Shown: in pieces, positions 17,268 to 25,442 of the stretch
Layout of the letters: every line of letters begins with the position of its first letter
Position numbering within the stretch: the stretch's first letter is position 1
Assembly: GCA_016874845.1 (NCBI GenBank)
Contig: VGSZ01000001.1
Location: 4,581 to 68,580 of the forward strand
DNA from: Deltaproteobacteria bacterium
Lineage (GTDB): Bacteria > Myxococcota > UBA727 > VGSZ01
DNA: 64,000 nucleotides
Direction of reading: 5' to 3'
Made by a program: the position numbers and the translations under genes
The notes under the pieces: generated by a model
Database searches by the model: none
What the model saw: the letters and a program-made list of their open reading frames with translations, nothing else
Told to the model about the DNA's origin: nothing

Positions 17268-18554
17268 TCAGCGGATGAACGGACCCCACGCCGGCGACGT
17301 GTGCTCCCCCATCGACGCCGACAGCACGGTCTGCTTCGTCCCATCGAGGTTCGCGACGACCAGCTGGCGGCTCTTGTTGCGCGTCGTCGTGAACACCAGC
17401 AGTCGCCCATTGGGCGAGAAGCTCGGCTCCTCGTTGTTGCCCTGGCCCTGGGTGATGCGCTTCAGCTCGTTGGTCGTCAGGTTCACCACGAAGATGTCGA
17501 ACGCGTTGCGCTCGTCGCGGGCGGTGAAGGCGACGTGCGTGCCGCGCGGCGAGAACGCCGGCGTCTGGTTGTACTCGCCCTTGAACGTCAGCCGCTTCGC
17601 CGCGCCACCCGACGACGCCATCACGTAGATGTCGGGATGGCCGCTCCGCGACGACACGAACGCCAGCTGCGACCCGTCGGGCGACCACGATGGCGACGTG
17701 TCGATACCCCACTGGTCGGTCAGGCGCTTCATGACCCCGCCGCCGCGATCGAGCAGGTACAGCTCGGAGTTGCCGTCCTGCGACAACGTCACCGCGATCT
17801 TCGTCCCGTCGGGGCTGACCTTGCCGCCGGTGTTCAGCCCTGGCCGCCGCGACAACGGCTTCGCCAAACCGCCATCGACGGGCTGCTCGAACAGGTCGGG
17901 GTTGTCGAAGCGGTAGCTCGTGAACAGCAGCGACCGGCCGTCGGGCGACCACGACGGCAGCAGATTCAGGCCGCCGCCCCGGGTCACCTGCCGCGCGCCC
18001 TCGCCGTCGACGTCGACGACGAAGACGTGCTTCTCGCCCTGCACCTTCTTCACCACCGCGATCTTCGACCGGAACGGACCCGGCTCGCCGGTGAACGCGC
18101 GGAACACCTCGTCAGCCGCCGCGTGGGCGAGGCCGCGGACGTCGTCGACGGCGCCGCTGAGCTTCTTGTCGAGCACCGTCTTCTGCGCCGCGACCTCGTA
18201 CGCGTACAGCGCCAACGACAACGCCCCGCCCGTCGTCGACAGCTGCGCCTTCACGACGCCCTGCGCGCCGACGTTCTGCCAGTCGGCGAAGCGCATCGCG
18301 TCCGGCGTCGTGCCGTCGGAGTCGAGGAAGCTCCGGTCGTCGAGCAGCTGGAACGCCCCCGACATCTCGAGGTCGGCGCGCAGCACCTGCGTCACCGTCT
18401 TCGCCGCACCTGCCGTCGCCGCGTCGCCGCGCACCACCGGCACCGCCAGCGGGAACGGCCGGAACGCGCCGCCCTCAACGTCGCCGACGATGGGGCCCTG
18501 TGCCCACGCCAGCGACGAACTCAACATCGACACCAGGGCCAGCACGCGTACCAT
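17268..18554 (-). CDS. tolB: Tol-Pal system beta-propeller protein TolB
   Basis: Signal peptide MVRVLALVSMLSSSLAWAQG; repeated WD-like SPDG/SWSPDG beta-propeller motifs. Confidence 0.85.
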   Translation of the reverse strand: MVRVLALVSMLSSSLAWAQGPIVGDVEGGAFRPFPLAVPVVRGDAATAGAAKTVTQVLRADLEMSGAFQLLDDRSFLDSDGTTPDAMRFADWQNVGAQGVVKAQLSTTGGALSLALYAYEVAAQKTVLDKKLSGAVDDVRGLAHAAADEVFRAFTGEPGPFRSKIAVVKKVQGEKHVFVVDVDGEGARQVTRGGGLNLLPSWSPDGRSLLFTSYRFDNPDLFEQPVDGGLAKPLSRRPGLNTGGKVSPDGTKIAVTLSQDGNSELYLLDRGGGVMKRLTDQWGIDTSPSWSPDGSQLAFVSSRSGHPDIYVMASSGGAAKRLTFKGEYNQTPAFSPRGTHVAFTARDERNAFDIFVVNLTTNELKRITQGQGNNEEPSFSPNGRLLVFTTTRNKSRQLVVANLDGTKQTVLSASMGEHTSPAWGPFIR

Positions 18555-18723
18555 CGTCGTCTCCGCGGTCTCGGGGGAGCGTGTGGTGATGTCCGCCACG
18601 CCGCTCGTCGGGGCATCCTTGCAGGTTCCGGCCCGGGCGCCCCGGCGATTCACTCGGCGGGTCCACGCGGCGGGTCCATTCGTCAGGTTCACTGCTCGGG
18701 GACCGGGGGACGGCAGCCGCCCC

Positions 18724-19553
18724 TCATCGGCAGCTCGTCGGACAGAAGTTGAAGCAGACGCCGGCGGCGGCGCGGGCCCGCGCAGGGGGCGGTGGCGCCG
18801 GCACCGGGCTCGCGCGGCGGGCGGCGGCGGTGACGTCGGCGTCGAACACCGGGCTGCCGCTGGTCTTCACGGTGACGTCCGAGACCACGCCGTTGTCGGC
18901 GATGCTCATGCACAAGACGGCCTTCAGGCGCACGCGCTCGTCGTCGGTGAGCACCGAGCTGACCTCCATGGCCTTCTGGATGCGGGCGGTGACGCGAGCG
19001 AAGTACGACTGCGCCACCTCGCCGTCGAGCGCCGTGCCCTCCCGGTCGCCGTGCTCCTGGCCCTCGTCGGTCTCCTCGCCGATCTTGTTCTTGATCAGGT
19101 CGTCGAGGCTCTTCTTCGAGTTGTCGCTGCGGAACTTGTCGAGGATGTCCGCCGCCGACTGCCTCGGCTCGGGCTTCGTTGGCTCGGGCTTCGTCGGCTG
19201 CGACTTGTCGAGCTTCGGCGCAGGCTTCTTGTCCGGCGGCGTCGGCGGCGTCGAAGTCGGCAGCCGTGGCAGCAGCTTCTCGTCGCGCGGCTTGCCGAGC
19301 TTCACGAGCCGCGTCTTCACCACCGCGGCGTCCAGATCGACGGCCCGCCTTGGCGCCTGCGGCAGGAGCGCCCACGCCGACAACGCGAAGCCGTGGACCC
19401 CGAGGCTCACCACGAGCATCACCGTCAGCCGCCGCCGCTGCCGGGCGTGGCGCGCGGCAAGGGTCGTCGCTGGCCCGCTCGTCGGCGACGGCCGCGACGG
19501 ACCGCTGACCTCGGCCAGCGCAGGCAGCGTCGAGCCGGGGCCGGTCTGCCCGT

Positions 19554-19557
<4 letters not shown>
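18724..19557 (-). CDS. tolA: TolA/TonB-family protein (N-terminal TM anchor, Pro/Lys-rich spacer, C-terminal TonB-like domain)
   Basis: TM anchor LTVMLVVSLGVHGFALSAWALL; spacer PPTPPDKKPAPKLDKSQPTKPEPTKPEP; located immediately upstream of tolB. Confidence 0.6.
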
Positions 19558-19976
<419 letters not shown>

Positions 19977-20132
19977 CACCGCCTCTTTCGCTCGCGCACC
20001 ACGAACGAGGAACGTGCGAGCCCCGCCAGGGATTCGCACCCGCCGGTCAGCCCGGCGTGCACCCAGTCACCGCCCGCCGCGCGCCCCGTCGGAGACGCAG
20101 CGACGACGACCGGTGGCGCGGCGGCGCCGCGA

Positions 20133-20693
20133 TCAGCGCGGACCGCCCGGAGGGCCTATCGGACCCGGCGGCCGCACGCCGGCGCGCGAGCGCGCGATGG
20201 CCTGCTGCACCTCGACGAACGACATCTTCAGCTCGGTAACCGCCGCGCCGAGCAGCTCGTTCTCGTCGGGCTCAAGGTTGCCCTCGGTCTTCGTCTTCAA
20301 GAGCTCGAGGATGTCGATGGTGTCGCGCGCCTGCTCGAGCGCCAGCTCGCGCTGGCCGTGCGGCCACGGGATCAAGCCCATCTGCATCAGCGCCTGCTGC
20401 GCCAACGACTGCACGAACATCGAGAACGTCAGCCCGCTGGCGGTCTTGACCGCCTTGGCCTTCGGCCGCGGCGCCTCGGGCGGCTCTCTGGCTGGCGCTG
20501 CGGATGACGCCATCGACGACGGCGACGCCATTGACGCCGGCGCCGCGGCGGCGGGCGCCGGCTCGATGCGCCCTGGCTCGACGCGCACCGGGTCGGCCCT
20601 CGGCACGTCGGGGCCCTCACGCTCGTCGCCCTCGTCGGTGAAGCGACGACGGTCGACGACCTTGAAGCTCGGTTTCTTTTCGCCTTCGGACAC
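20133..20693 (-). CDS. DUF1844-like hypothetical protein (GTG start)
   Basis: Motifs FSMFVQSLAQQALMQMGLIPWP, DILELLKTKTEGNL and ELKMSFVE. RBS GGAGG lies 6 nt upstream of the GTG. Confidence 0.55.
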   Translation of the reverse strand: MSEGEKKPSFKVVDRRRFTDEGDEREGPDVPRADPVRVEPGRIEPAPAAAAPASMASPSSMASSAAPAREPPEAPRPKAKAVKTASGLTFSMFVQSLAQQALMQMGLIPWPHGQRELALEQARDTIDILELLKTKTEGNLEPDENELLGAAVTELKMSFVEVQQAIARSRAGVRPPGPIGPPGGPR

Positions 20694-20721
20694 GATGACC
20701 TCCCGGGGCTCGTGGCGGGCG

Positions 20722-20904
20722 TCAGCCCTGGTTCGGGTAGACGATGCCGGCGATGTTGTCGGCCTTGTCGGCGAGGTCGGGCAGGTCCTTCAGGTGCTTC
20801 TCGAGGTCGTCGCGCGTGATCTTGCCGCGGGCGACGAGGCGGTCGCTCAGGCGCTTGTCGATCAGAGGCTTGTCGTCGGTGGTCTTCTTCTTCTGGTCGG
20901 CCAT
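20722..20904 (-). CDS. small charged hypothetical protein (60 aa)
   Basis: ATG preceded by GAGGTG; very high GC3. It is the C-terminal ATG-initiated part of ORF 20722..21822. Confidence 0.45.
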   Translation of the reverse strand: MADQKKKTTDDKPLIDKRLSDRLVARGKITRDDLEKHLKDLPDLADKADNIAGIVYPNQG

Positions 20905-21027
20905 GGGGCACCTCGGGTGGCGACGGCCGGACGAGCCGGCGCGGCGCGCAGGAACAAAGGGGTTCAACCGCGCTATGGGATCTTGCGCCGTCGACGTCAA
21001 CGCAGGCGTTTCTGTAGGCTCCCGGCC

Positions 21028-21687
21028 ATGAGCGACAAGCGCGCCCCACCGGGCCCGGCTGACGACGACACCCGCGCCGCCGACGCGCGCTGCGACCACG
21101 CCGACGCTGGCGGCGACGCTGGCGGCGACGCTGGGGCCGACGCTGGCGGCGGCACGGGCGACGGGCAGGGGGCCGCGGCGCGGGCCCAGGAGGCTGCGCG
21201 CGCCGCCGTCGTCCGCGGACGCGACCTGTCGCGCGAGGGCTGGCGGTCGTTCCGCGCCCGGTCGGTCTACTTCCAGCTGCGTACGGGCGTCGTGCTCCTG
21301 TGGATCGCGATCGCGGCGCTGACCATCGCCCTCGCGCCGCCCACCCCCAACGACTTCGTCGTCGAGCGGCGCGACCTGTCGTTCGGGCTCGCCAACCGCA
21401 CCGCCCTCGTGATCGTGAACCAGAACTCTGGCGACCGCGACGCCTGCGTGCTCGAGGTGCAGGGCGTCGAGACCGACTTCGACAGCCGTCGCCTCGCCCC
21501 CGGCCGCTGGCGCACCAGGCCCTTCGCCCTCGCCGAAGGCGAGAAGAAGACGCTGTTCACCGAAGAGCTCTTCGACGACCGCGGCCACAGCCCGAGCTAC
21601 CAGCTCGAGGTCACCGCGGCCCGCCTGTTCGAAGACGACGACGTCCTGTGGAGCGGCACCCCTGCCCGCGCGCCCGGCGCTCGTTAG
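21028..21687 (+). CDS. hypothetical single-TM membrane protein with N-terminal (DAGG)n repeat
   Basis: 12-bp tandem repeat GACGCTGGCGGC x4 (21104-21153) encodes DAGGDAGGDAGADAGG. TM helix VVLLWIAIAALTIAL. Confidence 0.5.
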   Translation: MSDKRAPPGPADDDTRAADARCDHADAGGDAGGDAGADAGGGTGDGQGAAARAQEAARAAVVRGRDLSREGWRSFRARSVYFQLRTGVVLLWIAIAALTIALAPPTPNDFVVERRDLSFGLANRTALVIVNQNSGDRDACVLEVQGVETDFDSRRLAPGRWRTRPFALAEGEKKTLFTEELFDDRGHSPSYQLEVTAARLFEDDDVLWSGTPARAPGAR

Positions 21688-21721
21688 TCTCTCTCCGTCC
21701 GCTCCGACCCGAAGGATCCTC

Positions 21722-22717
21722 GTGCACGTCCTCCTCACCGGCGCCGCCGGCTTCATCGGCTCCCACGTCAGCGAGGCCCTGCTCGCCCGCGGCGACGTCG
21801 TCACCGGCGTCGACGAGTTCAACGCCTTCTACGACCCGCGCGTCAAGGAGGAGCACGCCGCGCTGCTGCAGGCGCACCCCCGCTTCGCGCTGGTGCGCGG
21901 CTCGATCCTCGACCCCGCCGTGCGCGCCCGCGCCTTCGCCCCCCGCGTCGTGAACGACGTCTCCCGCCGGCCCGACGTCGTCGTGCACCTCGCCGCCTGG
22001 GCCGGGGTGCGCCCGAGCATCGAGCAGCCGGCGCTGTACCAGCGCGAGAACGTCGAGGGCACCGTCGCCATGCTCGACGCCGCTCGCGCCACGCGGACCG
22101 TCGCCGGCGCGCCGCCGCGCTTCGTCTTCGCGTCGTCGTCGTCGGTGTACGGCGGCAACACGAAGGTGCCGTTCCACGAGGACGACCCCGTCGACCACCC
22201 GGTCTCGCCCTACGCCGCCACCAAGCGTGCCGGCGAGCTGCTGCTGTACACCTACAGCCATCTATATGGCATTTTTTCAACGTCCCTACGCTTCTTTACT
22301 GTGTACGGTCCGCGGCAGCGCCCCGAGATGGCGATCCACAAGTTCGCCCAGCTGATCTCCGACGGCAAGCCGGTGCCTCGCTACGGCGACGGCTCGACGG
22401 CGCGCGACTATACGTTCATCGAGGATATCGTGTCGGGGGTGGTGGCGTCGGTAGATCGCTGTACGGGGCCAGCGTTCCGCATCTACAACCTCGGCAACTC
22501 GCGCACGGTGCGGCTCGACGAGCTCATCGACCAGCTGGCGGCGGCGCTCGGCGTGCCGGCGCAGATCCAGGTCCTGCCCGACCAGCCCGGCGACGTGCCG
22601 CTGACCTTCGCCGACGTGTCGCGGGCGCGCGCCGAGCTTGGCTACGCGCCGGCGACGCCGCTTGCTCCGGGGCTGGCCCGCTTCGCCGCGTGGCTCCTGG
22701 CGCGGCGGCAGCGATGA
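21722..22717 (+). CDS. NAD-dependent epimerase/dehydratase (extended SDR, UDP-sugar 4-epimerase-like), GTG start
   Basis: Motifs LLTGAAGFIGSH and SPYAATKRAGE (YxxxK). Confidence 0.85.
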   Translation: MHVLLTGAAGFIGSHVSEALLARGDVVTGVDEFNAFYDPRVKEEHAALLQAHPRFALVRGSILDPAVRARAFAPRVVNDVSRRPDVVVHLAAWAGVRPSIEQPALYQRENVEGTVAMLDAARATRTVAGAPPRFVFASSSSVYGGNTKVPFHEDDPVDHPVSPYAATKRAGELLLYTYSHLYGIFSTSLRFFTVYGPRQRPEMAIHKFAQLISDGKPVPRYGDGSTARDYTFIEDIVSGVVASVDRCTGPAFRIYNLGNSRTVRLDELIDQLAAALGVPAQIQVLPDQPGDVPLTFADVSRARAELGYAPATPLAPGLARFAAWLLARRQR

Positions 22718-24459
22718 CGAACACGACGACGATGATGACGACCGGGCCGAACGCCGGAGGCAACGCCCCGCAGCTGCGGCTGACGCCGCTCGGCGGCGTT
22801 GGGCGGTTCGGGCGCAATTGTCTGCTGGTCGAGGACGGCGCCAGCGGCGCGGCGATCGTCATCGACTGCGGCGTGCGCTTCGCCGGGCCAGAGCTGCCGG
22901 GCTTCGACGCCGGCCTGCCCGACCTGGAGCGGCTCGCCAGCGTCGGCGACCGCCTGCTCGCCTACGTCATCACCCACGGGCACGAGGACCACATCGGCGC
23001 GCTGCCCTTCGCGCTGCGCGAGCGGCCGGCGAAGGTGGTGTGCACGTCGTTCTCGCGGCACTTCGTGCAGCGCCGCTGTGAGCGCCACGGCGTCAAGGTC
23101 GACCTTGACGTCGTCGACTACGGCGTCGAGCGCGCCGTCGGCCCGTTCGGCGTCACGCTGGCGGCGGTGAGCCACTCGATCCCCGGGGCGGCCAGCGTCG
23201 TGCTGCGTACGCCGGTGGGGCTCGTCGTGCACTCGGGCGACTTCCGCGTCGACGACGACCCCGTCTTCGGCCCGCCCACTGACCTCGTGACCCTGACCCG
23301 CGCCGGCGACCAGGGCGTGGCCTGCCTGCTCGCCGATTCGACGGGCGCGGCGCTGCCAGGCAAGAACGCCGGCGAACGCGCCGTCGCCGCCGGCCTCGAC
23401 GCCTGCTTCGTCGACGTCGCCGGCGCGCCGCTGCGCGGCGCGCTGTTCGTGACGCTGTTCGCGAGCCACCTGCAGCGGCTGGCGCTGCTGGTGGAAGCGT
23501 GTCGTCGACACGGACGGCGGCTGGTGCCCGTCGGGCGCGGCCTGAAGGAGGCGATGCGCATGGCCCTCGCCGAGGGCGCCCTGCAGGGCGACGACGTGTG
23601 GATCGACGAGAGCGCCGCGCGGGCGCTGCCGCGCCACCTCGTCTGCGTCGCGCTGACCGGCAGCCAGGGCGAGCCGCAGGCGGCCCTCGCCCGGCTGGCG
23701 CGGGCGCTGTCGACGACGGACGCGGCAGGCGCGGGCGGCGGCGGCGGCGGCGTCGGCTACCCGGCCCAGCGCGGCGACCGCGTCGTGTGGTCGGCGCGCG
23801 TGATCCCCGGCAACGAGCTTTCCGTGCAGCCCCTCGTCGACGCCTTCGCCGACGGCGGCGTCGACGTCGTCGCCGGGCGGCGCGCGCCCCACGTCTCGGG
23901 GCACGGCCACGAAGAGGACCTGCGCCTGCTGCTGGCGGCGACGCGGCCGCGGGCGTTCGTCGCGCTGCACGGCAACCCCGAGCACCTCGTGGCCCACGGC
24001 GCGCTGGCGGCGGGGCTGGGCATCGCGCCGCGCGGCATCGTCGGGCTGCGCGACGGACACACGCTGGTGCTGCAGCGCGACGACGACGACGTCCGGCTGG
24101 CTCACGTGGCCGGCGAGCGGGCGCAGGAGCCGGCGGCGCAGGGCGGCGACGTGGCCTGGTTCCCGCGCGGGATCGCGCTCGCCCGCGCGCGCATGGGGAC
24201 CGGCGGCGTCGTGGTCGTCGTCGTCGACCACGAGGGCGTCGTCGCCGCCCACGGCCGCGGGGTGTTTCCCGCGCTGGACGACGACCCGCTGTGGGTGCGG
24301 GCGCGCGGCGCCCTGCACGAGGCGGTGCGCGCCCGCGGCAGCGTCGACGACGAAACCGTCCGCGCGGTGGCGCGCCTGTACCGCCGCGCCGACCGCGCGG
24401 CCCCCGAGCTCGTCGTCGTCTCCGAGCCTCGCCTGACGTCGCCGTCCGGCCTTGAGTAG
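22714..24459 (+). CDS. rnj: ribonuclease J (metallo-beta-lactamase/beta-CASP)
   Basis: Motifs ITHGHEDHIGALPF and HVSGHGHEEDL. The ATG at 22714 overlaps the epimerase stop (ATGA). Confidence 0.85.
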   Translation: MTNTTTMMTTGPNAGGNAPQLRLTPLGGVGRFGRNCLLVEDGASGAAIVIDCGVRFAGPELPGFDAGLPDLERLASVGDRLLAYVITHGHEDHIGALPFALRERPAKVVCTSFSRHFVQRRCERHGVKVDLDVVDYGVERAVGPFGVTLAAVSHSIPGAASVVLRTPVGLVVHSGDFRVDDDPVFGPPTDLVTLTRAGDQGVACLLADSTGAALPGKNAGERAVAAGLDACFVDVAGAPLRGALFVTLFASHLQRLALLVEACRRHGRRLVPVGRGLKEAMRMALAEGALQGDDVWIDESAARALPRHLVCVALTGSQGEPQAALARLARALSTTDAAGAGGGGGGVGYPAQRGDRVVWSARVIPGNELSVQPLVDAFADGGVDVVAGRRAPHVSGHGHEEDLRLLLAATRPRAFVALHGNPEHLVAHGALAAGLGIAPRGIVGLRDGHTLVLQRDDDDVRLAHVAGERAQEPAAQGGDVAWFPRGIALARARMGTGGVVVVVVDHEGVVAAHGRGVFPALDDDPLWVRARGALHEAVRARGSVDDETVRAVARLYRRADRAAPELVVVSEPRLTSPSGLE

Positions 24460-24512
24460 AGGTACCCAAAAGATACACGGTGGGTCGAGGCGACACGGTG
24501 CGGTATCAGCCC

Positions 24513-24552
24513 CCTACCGTTCAATCACAAACGATGCGTCGGTAGGTTTTTT
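24513..24552 (+). terminator. terminator-like hairpin CCTACCG-(20 nt)-CGGTAGG followed by TTTTTT
   Basis: Seen directly in the lower-GC spacer after rnj. The loop is long, so confidence is low. Confidence 0.3.
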
Positions 24553-24660
24553 CGTCGGCGCGCGAGGATTGACGTCGATGACAGTGGCGGCGGCGGCGCG
24601 CTGTCGCTCCAACCTCCAGATCGGTGGCGTGCCGCTTGCTACTGCTGCATCGAGGCTCTC

Positions 24661-25350
24661 GTGAAACGTCGAACTCAGGAACTTCAGGTCGCCGTGGCGC
24701 GTCGCCTCTCTTCGCTTCGTCAGGCCCGTGGGCTGACGCAGGAGGGCGTCGCTGACCGTCTGGGGATCGCGTCCCAGAACATCCAGCGCATCGAGAGCGG
24801 CCGTCAGAACCTGACGCTGCAGACCATCGAGCGCGTCTCCGGGGCGTTGGGCGTCGCCATCGACGACGTCCTGCACGTCACCGCCGGTCCGGGGGCTCGA
24901 CCGCGCTTTCTCGAGGTCGAGCGCGCCGGCGTGCTGCGGGTGTCGGCGGAGCCGCCAGTGCCGGTGCCGGTGTTCCGGCTGTCCGACGGCGCGCGCTTCG
25001 CGCGGGGCACCCGCCCGTCGCCCCTTGGCTGGGCCGTCTTCGCCGAGGACGTCGAGCCCGGCGCCTTCATCGTGCGCGTCGAGGGCTCGGCGATGGAGCC
25101 GCGCATCCCCGACGGCGCCTGGTCGCTGTTCCGCCCGCTGAAGCGGCCCCCGACGCCGCGCAGCCACGTGCTCGTCGCCCTCGGCAGCGGCGACGACGTC
25201 GAAGTGATCGTGCGTCGCCTGGACAGCGACGACGGCGGCCGGCTGACCCTGTCGACGCTGCAGCCCGGCGAGGCGCCCCTCGTCACCGGCGGCGACATCG
25301 AGGTCCGGGTGCTCGCCGAATTCGTCCGCACTGTCGCCCACGACAGCTGA
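24661..25350 (+). CDS. XRE-family HTH + S24 (LexA/CI-like) peptidase-domain repressor
   Basis: N-terminal XRE HTH LTQEGVADRLGIASQNIQRIESG. C-terminal S24 motifs VEGSAMEPRIPDGAW and VEVIVRRL. GTG start. Confidence 0.7.
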   Translation: MKRRTQELQVAVARRLSSLRQARGLTQEGVADRLGIASQNIQRIESGRQNLTLQTIERVSGALGVAIDDVLHVTAGPGARPRFLEVERAGVLRVSAEPPVPVPVFRLSDGARFARGTRPSPLGWAVFAEDVEPGAFIVRVEGSAMEPRIPDGAWSLFRPLKRPPTPRSHVLVALGSGDDVEVIVRRLDSDDGGRLTLSTLQPGEAPLVTGGDIEVRVLAEFVRTVAHDS

Positions 25351-25442
25351 CGAGCGGCCGCTGACGAGCTGACGCGGGCTGCTCCCACGAGCTCGGGCCG
25401 ACGCAGGGCGGAAGGGCGGCAGCCGGGCAGCGCCCGCCCCGC

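Noticed and set aside
24460-24660. Possible tRNA or sRNA in the low-GC spacer after rnj
   Set aside because: No T-loop (GTTCRANYC) or cloverleaf signature; only a hairpin/T-run and promoter-like AT content.
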